A stretch of 64,000 nucleotides of DNA, from contig CAVVII010000011.1 of NCBI GenBank assembly GCA_963748055.1, positions 368,915-432,914 on the forward strand, written 5' to 3'. Under the pieces are notes generated by a model. It saw only the letters and a program-made list of their open reading frames with translations, was not told the DNA's origin and made no database searches. The position numbers were made by a program, and so were the translations under genes. The stretch is from an uncultured Verrucomicrobiae bacterium (GTDB lineage: Bacteria > Verrucomicrobiota > Verrucomicrobiia > Chthoniobacterales > JAFAMB01). Below, piece by piece: positions 27,776-36,491 of the stretch; within the stretch, counting starts at the first letter, position 1; the number at the start of each line of letters is the position of its first letter.

Positions 27776-29629
27776 ATGAACACACTCACCTCATTCCAGC
27801 GTTATATCCTCGGCGGCGTCTTCGCCGCCTCAGTACTGGTGACTCCTGCCTGGGCGGCGCCGGACCAGGTCACTGCACAGCTCGATAGGCTCGGCCTGTC
27901 GCTTGGGGAGTCCGCACAACTCGCGGTAACCGTTAAGGGCTCGCAACCTGTGGAACCAAGTGTCCCAGCAGTGGACGGTCTCGAGATAACGCCCGTCGGA
28001 CAGCAAAGCTCGATGCGAATCATTAACGGTGCCGCTTCGGCAGAAGTCAGGTACTTGTATCAGGTCACACCGAACCGGTCAGGTAATTTCACCATCCCCG
28101 CAATCGAGGTTCCCGGCGGTGGCAGGACCCAGCCTGTCGCGTTCCGCGTCGATAAGAATCCGAACGGACAGAACTCGCAATCTCCGCAGTCAGGCAGCTC
28201 AGGTCTGTCTGCGCCGGGCGGTTCGCGGCGGGATGAGGATGCCCCTGCGGATGCTAAAGGCCAACAACCCTTCCTTCGCATAGTTCTGCCCAAACAGGAA
28301 CTCACGGTTGGCGAACTGGTGCCAGTGGAACTGAAGGCGTGCTTCCCGGCCGGCATGTCAGCTTCCTTGAATGGCCTGCCCATGCTGACCGGCGGCGCCT
28401 TCGCACTGAACAAGCTGGGCGACAATCCGGAACAGACCCGCGAGGTAATCGATGGTCAAGCATACAACGTGCTTACGTGGTCGTCTGCCCTATGTGCGGT
28501 TCAGGCCGGCGACTACCCGCTCAATGTGGAACTGCCCGTAATGGTACGCGTGCAGGAGAAGGGGAAGCGCGGTAGCGGACGCAATCCGTTCAAAGATTTC
28601 TTCGGCGAGTCCTCGCCATTCGATGACTCGGTCTTCGACGATTTCTTCGGCCAGGTGACGGAGAAACCTCTTACTTTGCACAGCGACGGCACTCCCCTGC
28701 GAATCCAGGCGTTGCCCGTGCAAGGCCGCCCGGCGGATTTCTCCGGGGCGGTCGGGAAGTTCGACGTGATTGCCGAGGCGTCTGCGACCAAAGTCGTGAC
28801 CGGCGATCCGATCACCTTAAACATGAAGATTACCGGTCAAGGCAATTTCGACCGGGTGACCACAAACGGTCTGGCCTCCGGTTCGGCCTGGAAAAGCTAC
28901 AAGCCGAAAGGGCGGTTCGAGCCGGCGGATCGCGAAGGCCTGGCCGGCACAAAGACCTTCGAGCAGGCGATCATGCCTAACGTTGCCGGACCTTCGGAAA
29001 TCCCGGCGCTGAGCTTCAGTTACTTCGATCCCGATACCCGGAACTACGTCACGAAAACGACGAACCCGATTCCGATCGATATCGCACCCGGCACCGCCAC
29101 TCCTTCCACGCTCGTTCCCGCCAAAACTCCCGCAACCGCGCGGGCTACCGACGGCCTCGTACCTGGTCGTCCGGAAAACGGCCGCCTATCAAGCTTGCGC
29201 CCCGTGGTGCTCGCTCCGTGGTTTCTGATCGGCAACGGCCTGATGGCGTTTGCGGCCGCTTTCGGCTTGCTCATAGGTCGTTGGTGGGAACGGCTGGCGA
29301 ACGATCCTGAGCGAATGCGCGCCGCCGCGGCGTCTGCCGCCGTCCGGGAAGCGCTCTCCGCGATGGACGAGGCAATCAAGAACCGCAATGGTGTCGGGTT
29401 CTTCCATGCCGCGCAGAAAGCTGTGGCGGAGCGCTTCGCCGAACGGTGGAACGTGCCTGCCAGCCGGGTTACGCCCGCCGAAATCACGGCGCGCCTCAAT
29501 GGCAAGGGAGAAAACATCTGTGCTCTTTTCAAACGCGGCGACGAAGTGGCCTACAGCCATGAAAAGGTCACTGCCGGCGAACTTGCCCAATGGCGCGCCG
29601 ACATCGCGCAACAACTTGCTCATCTCTAA
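27776..29629 (+). CDS. batD: BatD-like protein (oxygen-tolerance family)
   Basis: 617 aa with a signal peptide, beta-rich repeats (..SGNFTIPAIEV..) and a C-terminal TM (WFLIGNGLMAFAAAFGLLIG). It sits after the VWA/TPR genes as in Bat operons. Confidence 0.75.
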   Translation: MNTLTSFQRYILGGVFAASVLVTPAWAAPDQVTAQLDRLGLSLGESAQLAVTVKGSQPVEPSVPAVDGLEITPVGQQSSMRIINGAASAEVRYLYQVTPNRSGNFTIPAIEVPGGGRTQPVAFRVDKNPNGQNSQSPQSGSSGLSAPGGSRRDEDAPADAKGQQPFLRIVLPKQELTVGELVPVELKACFPAGMSASLNGLPMLTGGAFALNKLGDNPEQTREVIDGQAYNVLTWSSALCAVQAGDYPLNVELPVMVRVQEKGKRGSGRNPFKDFFGESSPFDDSVFDDFFGQVTEKPLTLHSDGTPLRIQALPVQGRPADFSGAVGKFDVIAEASATKVVTGDPITLNMKITGQGNFDRVTTNGLASGSAWKSYKPKGRFEPADREGLAGTKTFEQAIMPNVAGPSEIPALSFSYFDPDTRNYVTKTTNPIPIDIAPGTATPSTLVPAKTPATARATDGLVPGRPENGRLSSLRPVVLAPWFLIGNGLMAFAAAFGLLIGRWWERLANDPERMRAAAASAAVREALSAMDEAIKNRNGVGFFHAAQKAVAERFAERWNVPASRVTPAEITARLNGKGENICALFKRGDEVAYSHEKVTAGELAQWRADIAQQLAHL

Positions 29630-29633
29630 TCCT

Positions 29634-30455
29634 ATGATTTCCTATTCATCCCCGAATCAGCAACCTGCACCTCATATTGTTTCGCCAGTGGAAGGAATGA
29701 ATTTCTTACCTCTGCGACATGGCATCGACCTCCCGCACGATGTGAATCGGGTCGCTCAAATCAAAAAAATAGCGGGAGGAAAACTGCTATTTGCGGCGCT
29801 TGTCGGCGGGTTGATGCTCGGCAGTTCGTTCTCCGCAGAAGCCGCTGCGCCGTTGCAGGGATCTGCACCTGCGCTTTTCAACCGCGGCAATGCGTTTGTG
29901 CGTGAGGGCAAGCCCGGTCCGGCAATTCTCGCCTACGAACGCGCGCTACAACTTGCTCCGCGCGATCCTGCCATCGCGCTTAACCTCAAGGCGGTCCGCG
30001 ACACCGCGGGCCTCGCCGCGTCAACACCTGCTTGGTGGCAATCTTCCGCCCGCGTGCTGACGATGGACGAATGGGCTTGGAGCGGCTCACTGGCGCTCGC
30101 GTTCGTCTGCGGAGTGGCCCTTTTTGGACGACTCCTCCCGATGCGCTTGGGTCAACCGGCTAAAATCCTGGGGGTCACGTGCGCGGTGACCGTGCTGATT
30201 TCAACCGCCGCGCTTTGGTTTCGTTGGCCCGAACTCAGTCGAGTCGTCGTGGTGAGTTCCCATGTCAACGCACTCGTCGCACCGGCAGATGCCGCCGGAC
30301 AGGTTTTCCCCTTGGCCGAGGGTGAAATCGTCACTGCGAAAAAAGAGCTAGGTAATTTCGTACTCGTGCACACAGCCGATGGTCGCTCGGGTTGGGTGGC
30401 GCGGGCACAAATTGAACGTGTCATCCCCGCGTCGCTTCCGGACCGTGCGGGCTGA
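29634..30455 (+). CDS. batE: BatE-like protein (TPR plus C-terminal SH3-like domain)
   Basis: Internal ATG 4 nt after the BatD stop. TM/signal, TPR-like FNRGNAFVREGKPGPAILAYERALQLAP, a second TM, and a C-terminal GEIVTAKKELGNFVLVHTADGRSGWV (SH3b-like). Confidence 0.65.
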   Translation: MISYSSPNQQPAPHIVSPVEGMNFLPLRHGIDLPHDVNRVAQIKKIAGGKLLFAALVGGLMLGSSFSAEAAAPLQGSAPALFNRGNAFVREGKPGPAILAYERALQLAPRDPAIALNLKAVRDTAGLAASTPAWWQSSARVLTMDEWAWSGSLALAFVCGVALFGRLLPMRLGQPAKILGVTCAVTVLISTAALWFRWPELSRVVVVSSHVNALVAPADAAGQVFPLAEGEIVTAKKELGNFVLVHTADGRSGWVARAQIERVIPASLPDRAG

Positions 30456-31869
30456 CCGGCTGCGCCGCCTGGGGCGGCATGGGTAAATGTATGATGAAGG
30501 TTGACCCCTGACCCGGTGTGCTCTGCACCTCAGCCCTCCCACCGTGCGCGTTAATGAAGGCGCGCACGAGGCTGAGCCCGAGTCCGAGCCCCCGCTGCGA
30601 CCTGCTCTTGTCTGCACGATAGAGCCGATCCCAGATCCTGGGCACGTCCTCTGTGAAAATGCCGATGCCGGAATCCCGGCAAACGATCGCCACGCCGTCG
30701 ACCTCTGCATGCGCGGATATTTCTACGTTTCCTCCGGGGGGCGTGTACTTGAGCGCGTTGTCGAGCAGGTTCGCCAGCACCTGCCGGAGTCGGTTCCGAT
30801 CCCCAAAACAAACCAGCTCCGCCGGCACTTCGGTCCTCTGGGTGATCTCCTTATCCTCGGCCACCAATTCGAACAACTCCACAATCTCCGCCACGAGCGG
30901 AGCCAACAGGAAGCGCTGACGGTCGAGATGCATCAAGCCCGTCTCCGCTTCGGAGATGTCCATCAGCGTGTTCAACATTGTCAGCAGGCGCTCGGATTCC
31001 TCCATTGAATCGAGCAGCGCATCCCGATAGACTGCGACATCTTCCGGCGCCTCCAACGCTGTCTCTGCCGTCGAGCGGAATCGTGCGAGCGGCGTGCGCA
31101 AGTCGTGTGCGACATTGTCGAGCGCCTCGCGCATCCCGGTAATGAGCGCGTTGTTCTTTTCGAGCATTAGGTTGAAAAGGCGCGTTAACTCACTCAACTC
31201 ATCATGCGCTTTCGCCTCGGGCATTCGCTCGTCCATGTGCCCGGTGGCGATGACCTGCCTGACTGCGTCGATCAGTTTCCGAATCGGCGCCAGCGTCCGT
31301 CGGGTCAGCCATGCGCCGCCGGCGATCCCGAGTGCGAGCGCCACCAGCATCACCCAGAGTGAGACGTCGCGGAACTGTACGAACAAAGCGCCTTGGGCGT
31401 CCATCGTCTTGCCTACTTGCAACCAATCACCGTCCGGCAGCCTTTCCGTCGCCACCAGCCACCAGCCGCTGTGACTTCGTGACGGCACCGTCAGCCAACC
31501 CAACGCCTCATTTGGAGTCATCCGCTCGAGTTCCTCTACATCGAAGACATCGAAGCGCGGTGGGAAGCTGACAAACAAGCCGGTCCGTTGCGGACCGACC
31601 ACTCGGACAAAAAAAAGCTCCCGTCCGCTGTAGTGGCGTTCGGAAAACTGACGAATCAGCGCGGGAAGCCCGCCCTCCTGATACCATGCTCGATAGACAT
31701 CGAATTGCGCACTCACCACCTGGCGGTCGCGCTCCTGCACGGCTCGAAAGAGGAACCAGTAAGCCGCTGCAAAGAGCGCCGCCGTCAACCCAATCAGCAC
31801 CAGCGCGAACCAGACATGGACCCGAAAACCGAACGTGCGCCGCTCGCCTTTAAGCCAGCTTGAGGGCAT
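30421..31869 (-). CDS. membrane sensor histidine kinase (HAMP-HisKA-HATPase; CusS/heavy-metal-sensor-like)
   Basis: Start MPSSWLKGERR overlaps the regulator's stop by 20 nt. Two TMs, HAMP, H-box VAHDLRTPL, and ATPase boxes NLLDNALKYT, DSGIGI, GLGLGLSLV. Confidence 0.85.
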   Translation of the reverse strand: MPSSWLKGERRTFGFRVHVWFALVLIGLTAALFAAAYWFLFRAVQERDRQVVSAQFDVYRAWYQEGGLPALIRQFSERHYSGRELFFVRVVGPQRTGLFVSFPPRFDVFDVEELERMTPNEALGWLTVPSRSHSGWWLVATERLPDGDWLQVGKTMDAQGALFVQFRDVSLWVMLVALALGIAGGAWLTRRTLAPIRKLIDAVRQVIATGHMDERMPEAKAHDELSELTRLFNLMLEKNNALITGMREALDNVAHDLRTPLARFRSTAETALEAPEDVAVYRDALLDSMEESERLLTMLNTLMDISEAETGLMHLDRQRFLLAPLVAEIVELFELVAEDKEITQRTEVPAELVCFGDRNRLRQVLANLLDNALKYTPPGGNVEISAHAEVDGVAIVCRDSGIGIFTEDVPRIWDRLYRADKSRSQRGLGLGLSLVRAFINAHGGRAEVQSTPGQGSTFIIHLPMPPQAAQPVSPHGPEATRG

Positions 31870-32524
31870 AGCCGAAACCACGCAGCGTATGGATGAGCTT
31901 GGGATCCAGGTTACGCTCAATCTTGTTCCGTAGTCGGCACACGAGCACGTCGACGACATTGGTTTTTGGATCGAACGCGTAGTCCCAGACGTGCTCCAGA
32001 ATCATCGTCTTCGAGAGCACGCGTCCCGGATTGCGCAACATGTATTCGAGCAATGAGAATTCCCGGGCCTGCAGCTCAATTTTCCTGGCGCCACGCGTCA
32101 CCTCGCGGGTGAGCAGGTTCATGGACAGATCGGCAAAATTCAACACCGTCGGCTCGGAGGTATGGGTTGATCGGCGAATCAGGGCCTGGACTCGCGCGAG
32201 TAATTCCGAAAATGCGAAAGGCTTCGTGAGATAATCGTCGCCGCCAGACTGTAGTCCGCGCACGCGATCATCCACGGAGTGTTTTGCGCTTAGGATAATG
32301 ACTGGGGTTGCGATCCTCGTCTTTCGCCACTGCTCGATGACGCTGAGGCCGTCACAGCCCGGTAGCATGATGTCGATGACCGCCGCGTCGTAAGCGTTGT
32401 TTAGCCCAAAGTGCAAGCCCTCCTCACCATCACCTATCACATCGACTGCATATCCCGCCTGTTTGAGCCCATTTCCCACGAAGTCCGCGATTTTCTTGTC
32501 GTCTTCGAGAATAAGGATTCGCAT
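31850..32524 (-). CDS. OmpR-family response regulator (CusR/CopR-like)
   Basis: MRILILEDDKKI..VIDIMLPGCDG receiver and a winged-helix C-terminus (..LEYMLRNPGRVLSKTMILEHVWD..IHTLRGFGYAL). Confidence 0.9.
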   Translation of the reverse strand: MRILILEDDKKIADFVGNGLKQAGYAVDVIGDGEEGLHFGLNNAYDAAVIDIMLPGCDGLSVIEQWRKTRIATPVIILSAKHSVDDRVRGLQSGGDDYLTKPFAFSELLARVQALIRRSTHTSEPTVLNFADLSMNLLTREVTRGARKIELQAREFSLLEYMLRNPGRVLSKTMILEHVWDYAFDPKTNVVDVLVCRLRNKIERNLDPKLIHTLRGFGYALKLA

Positions 32525-32587
32525 AAACGGTGGCCGGCAAGGAGTATGGTTTATTGCGTACGCGACTTAAAGAGCATTTTTAGACAC

Positions 32588-32712
32588 GCGTGATGCGGTT
32601 GGGGTCGCGTGATGCGGTTGGGGTCGTATCTAAAAATATAAATATCGCGATGCCGACATGACCGACAAGGTCATCAAAGGGCGTTTAATTATTATATTTT
32701 TAGATACGATCC
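32588..32712 (+). mobile_element. ~94-bp foldback (MITE-like) element, copy 1, with duplicated left flank
   Basis: Element 32620-32712: GGGGTCGTATCTAAAAATATAA..TTATATTTTTAGATACGATCC with inner hairpin ATGACC-GACAA-GGTCAT. Preceded by an exact 19-bp tandem duplication (32588-32606 = 32607-32625, GCGTGATGCGGTTGGGGTC). A right-end-like fragment ATTTTTAGACACG lies at 32576-32588. Confidence 0.8.
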
Positions 32713-33128
32713 TTACGACTAGGCGTTTACGTTGGTGGCACTAGCCAAGCAGGTGGAGACTTCCGAAAGTTCATCCACTATAACAACAGAATAAAGATAT
32801 GTGAGGAGCAACGAAAGGGCTCGTCGGACCTCAGTGGTCGTTCGCACTCAAACTCGCCGGCGGCAACCCCTGCGTATTCCCTCTAACCCTAGCTTTGACG
32901 GCACTAGCGGTCATCCGCCCGATAGCAGGGATCTTTTGCAATTCCAGATCGTACATCGACCACAAAAATAACCTGCTCGAAAATTATTTTTTTGTCGCCT
33001 CATTTCAGAACGATCGTTAGCGTGAGGTTCGAATTAGTTCGACAGACAGCGTTGATCAAACCTGGTCCGAGGCACGCCGGTTTTCAGCGCGATTAGGACA
33101 CAGACCCCTCCAGGAATCCTATAAGAAA

Positions 33129-33320
33129 ATGAAACAAAACTCGGGCGAGATGAAGGTTTGGGCGATCATCTTTGGATTGACAATTTTGGTCGCAGCGATA
33201 CTTGTGGTCTTGGCGCTGATGGAAGAGCAGGGAACTAAGCGCGCAGCGATCGAACGTAGTGCAGAATGGATAGTTGACCGCGAGAAACTAAGTTTCCTTG
33301 TTCAAGGGTTGGTCGTGTAA
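33129..33320 (+). CDS. small hypothetical membrane protein
   Basis: 63 aa with one TM (VWAIIFGLTILVAAILVVLAL). It is the only ORF in a 1.1-kb gene-poor stretch. No homology recognised. Confidence 0.3.
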   Translation: MKQNSGEMKVWAIIFGLTILVAAILVVLALMEEQGTKRAAIERSAEWIVDREKLSFLVQGLVV

Positions 33321-33586
33321 GTTAGTAACAGCTGCCTCTCAAAGGTCACACTCTAATCCCCCTCGGAACGCCCTCGACTTCGGCGCCTGCAATATTCATT
33401 CGCCCTTCTCTCCACGCCTATAGAAGAATTACCAAGGCTCGGCAGGACGCTTCGGGGAGTCCGCGAATTAAGTCCAAAACCGGAGAAAACTAAACTCCCC
33501 TCGATTCTCTCGTCTCGACCGGTCCTGCGCGACAGGCAACGAGGTCGCGCCCGCCGGTGCCGCGACTCTCCCGAGACGGCTTCGTT

Positions 33587-33680
33587 GGGGTCGTATCTAA
33601 AAAAATAAATATTGCGCCGCTCGCATGACCGGAAGGGTCATGATACGGTTTTCAATTATTATATTTTTAGATACGACCCC
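33587..33680 (+). mobile_element. ~94-bp foldback element, copy 2
   Basis: GGGGTCGTATCTAAAAAAATAAATA..ATTATTATATTTTTAGATACGACCCC with inner hairpin CATGACC-GGAAG-GGTCATG. It ends 8 nt from the stop codon of the xylA remnant. Confidence 0.8.
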
Positions 33681-33688
33681 TCAGGCGT

Positions 33689-34100
33689 TTAGATGAAGTC
33701 GTTGATGATATTTTCGAAAAGTTCCTGGCGGCCGCTGGTGTATTGGATGGGGTCGGGTTGGCTCAGAGCGTGTTTTTCAAGGGAGGTGAAATCCTCTTTG
33801 TCCGCTTCGATGGCCGCGCCAATGCCGCTGTCCCAGGACACGCAACGGTTCTTTACCAGGGCGGCGAGGCGACCGTCGGCGCGAATCGCCGCTGCGATCT
33901 TTAGGCCGCGTGCAAAGGCGTCCATACAGCCGATGTGCGGTCGGTCCTTGGGTTTCGGTTCGAGGTAGAAGGCTCCCTTGAATCCGATCTGTTTCTTGTA
34001 ATCGACGGCCATGTGCAGGAACTAGGCAAGGTGCTCCACCTCGCGCTTCAGGTCGGTGTTCCAGAGGCTGGATCTACCCTCATTTTCCGCCGGAGCGGCG
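33689..34100 (-). pseudogene. xylA: xylose isomerase remnant (N-terminal truncation, in-frame stop, ~175-aa internal deletion)
   Basis: The minus-strand translation reads ..[40 protein letters not shown]. It then jumps directly to HIGCMDAFARGLKIAAAI..SGRQELFENIINDFI. These match the conserved XylA blocks LLNTD..FL.MAV.Y.K.IGF.G.FLIEPKPKEP and the C-terminus. TAG stop at 34022-34024. The catalytic middle and the first ~190 aa are absent. Confidence 0.85.
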
Positions 34101-34167
34101 CATTACCCTTGCCTCCCAGGATTGAGCTTTGCTGCGCTGGGCGGCCCTGTTTTAATTTTAAGCGAAA

Positions 34168-34665
34168 TTACCCGCCGGAGTTTGAAGGCAGAAGAGCTTC
34201 TTGGGCGGCTTCGATTCGATGGGATTCGATGCGCCCGCGCTGTTCTTCGGCACGTTGATATAATCTGGCTAGATCGACTTTGCGCAAACCAGGTATTTCC
34301 TCGGCTACGGTGAGAAGAGCGCGCCAAAGTGCTCGCTTGCCTTCAATTCCCAGGGCAAGCGCTTCCAGTTTCTCGAGTCGCGCGAGTTGACCGCCTGCGG
34401 GATCTTCGAGCAGAAGTTTGATTCGGGCGAGCTTCTCGCTCAGAAACGCTGTCGTGTTGCGTATCGCACCGCCACCGGCATCCAGATCGTGCAACAATTC
34501 CTGCAGGATTTCCTGATCCTCGCCAACCTCCTCTCGCAATCGGACAAAAAATTGTTCGTGGGTCTTCCCGCGGTGAGAGGAAACCAGATGATCGAGCAGC
34601 TCCACGGCGGCGACCGAACCGGCGAAATGGTCCTTCATGTAGTTCGTAAGATGCTTTGAATTCAT
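34168..34665 (-). CDS. hypothetical helical protein
   Basis: 165-aa ORF (MNSKHLTNYMKDHFAGSVAAVELLDHL..), predicted all-helical. No family recognised. Confidence 0.45.
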   Translation of the reverse strand: MNSKHLTNYMKDHFAGSVAAVELLDHLVSSHRGKTHEQFFVRLREEVGEDQEILQELLHDLDAGGGAIRNTTAFLSEKLARIKLLLEDPAGGQLARLEKLEALALGIEGKRALWRALLTVAEEIPGLRKVDLARLYQRAEEQRGRIESHRIEAAQEALLPSNSGG

Positions 34666-35165
34666 AAAGCATGTTCGCTTTTCCGCAGATTTTGGCTGGA
34701 CTGTGCTGACCGCCTTTCCGGAAAAATCAGGCGTGTGTCGACTGCGACGTTAGAATGAACGCGTTTGTGCGCGGGACGTACAAGGGACATCGAACGGTTG
34801 CGAAATTTGGAACGTGCCCGGCGCAGCCATTGGCGAGTGCGTCATCGTTTGACGCAATCGGGTCGGTGCACTACTGGTGCTGGTTCGGTCGGGGCGTTGG
34901 CGCGAGGGTCGTACGCGGAATTTGCAGATGCCTGATGATGCACGGTGAAAGTGCCGAGGGTTAGAGCTTGCCTAATGAACCGAGAAATTCGGACAGTGGC
35001 TCGATGAGGCGTCGACCCGCTTCTATTGACGATGGCGATATTCTCGAGTTATTGGCGAGGATTAAGACGAAGGCATCGAGCGACTGCGAAATGCCTAGCC
35101 ACGTTGACAGCTAGCATGATCGGGGCGTTCGCAATGCGCCACGAACCGAACAAGAAAGCAAACAA

Positions 35166-35900
35166 ATGACAGCAAAACTTACTGGAAAAGTTGCCTTAGT
35201 CACTGGAGCGAGTGCAGGCATTGGGCAGGCTTGCGCGCGGCTCCTGGCGCAAGAAGGAGCGAGGCTCGTCCTGACCGCGCGACGTCAAGAGCGGCTCGAT
35301 CAACTCGCGCAGGAGGCGGAGAAACTCGGCACCAAGGCTATCGGCGTCATCGGCGACGCCCGGGAGGAGGCCACGGCGATAAAAACGGTCGCGGCTGCGA
35401 TCCAATCCTTCGGTCAGATCGACATCCTGATCAACAACACGGGCGTGGGTAACTACAAGAACCTTGTCGACACGAGCGCCGAAGAATACGACGACATGAT
35501 GGACACCAACGTGCGCTCCACGTTCCTGTTTACCCGGCATGCCGTTCCGGTCATGCTCAAACAGAAAGAGGGCATCATCCTCATGATCTCGTCTATGGCT
35601 GGTATCTATGGGTTTGGAGGCGAAGCGGTCTATTGCGCAACTAAATTCGCCCAGGTCGGCTTTGCACAGGCACTGGATAAGGAGTTGCGTACCCAGGGAA
35701 TCAAGGTTGGCGTGATCTGTCCCGGCGGAGTCAAGACCGAGTTCGCACTCGGCCGCGGACGAACTGAGGAGAGCGTGAGTCAGTCGAATATGCTCGACCC
35801 GGAAGATGTTGCCGGCGCTGTCCTGCTGGCCTGTACCCAGTCGCCTGGATCACGGATCATCGAGATCCAAATGCGGACGATGGCTGAATCGCTGGCGTGA
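35166..35900 (+). CDS. short-chain dehydrogenase/reductase (SDR)
   Basis: TGASAGIG cofactor motif, NNTG, and catalytic S..YCATK. Confidence 0.9.
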   Translation: MTAKLTGKVALVTGASAGIGQACARLLAQEGARLVLTARRQERLDQLAQEAEKLGTKAIGVIGDAREEATAIKTVAAAIQSFGQIDILINNTGVGNYKNLVDTSAEEYDDMMDTNVRSTFLFTRHAVPVMLKQKEGIILMISSMAGIYGFGGEAVYCATKFAQVGFAQALDKELRTQGIKVGVICPGGVKTEFALGRGRTEESVSQSNMLDPEDVAGAVLLACTQSPGSRIIEIQMRTMAESLA

Positions 35901-36234
35901 TAATGGCGGTTTCGTTTTCGGGGTTGGCAGGCAAAAATCGTGCCGGTCCCTCAAGGGACAAAAGGAACGCAAGGGCCGGCCAAATCCCCAGCGCCTCTTC
36001 CGCTAGCCGAACAACCTCGACATGTTGATTTAGATCGGCGCTCAGCGCGTGCGCGGTCCGACCCTCGTTTTGCGCCGCCCGCAGGACCGCGTCGAGGTCG
36101 TCATGGTTGCGAGACGTCACAATCAGATCGACCCCCTGCTTTGCGAGTTCGACAGCAATCGTGTACCCGATACCTCTGCTCGCTCCGGTTACGAGGGCCT
36201 TTTTTCCGGACAGGTCAAACAATGCATTGGCCAT
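35857..36234 (-). pseudogene. truncated SDR fragment (N-terminal ~85 aa only)
   Basis: MANALFDLSGKKALVTGASRGIGYTIAVELAKQG..RLAEEALG is a normal SDR N-terminus. After about 35985 the reading frame turns to non-homologous sequence and overlaps the 3' end of the convergent SDR gene. NNAG and the catalytic YxxxK are missing. Confidence 0.65.
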
Positions 36235-36491
36235 AATTCAAAGAAGGTTCGCGGAACCGATTCCTGCCCTTCAACGCCTCGCGAAGTTGCGCCCTGACGC
36301 GATCGGGCGGCCGCCAAAGGGCCTGGAGCCATGAAACAGGGTAGGAATCGCTTCTTCCAGCAACATTGGGTGCCGATCGCAAGAAGTCAAGAAGCCGGGA
36401 AACGGCGAAATGCAGTCGCCGAGAATCGGCACCTGGGCGAGCGATCTAAACTTAAACAAGACCGGATTGAAGCCGTAACAAGAGCCTCGAA

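Noticed and set aside
32620-32712. Foldback elements as simple Rho-independent terminators.
   Set aside because: The stems are AT-rich at the loop-proximal side and are not followed by a T-run on either strand. Copy 1 lies upstream, not downstream, of its neighbouring gene. The internal sequence is conserved between copies like a mobile repeat.
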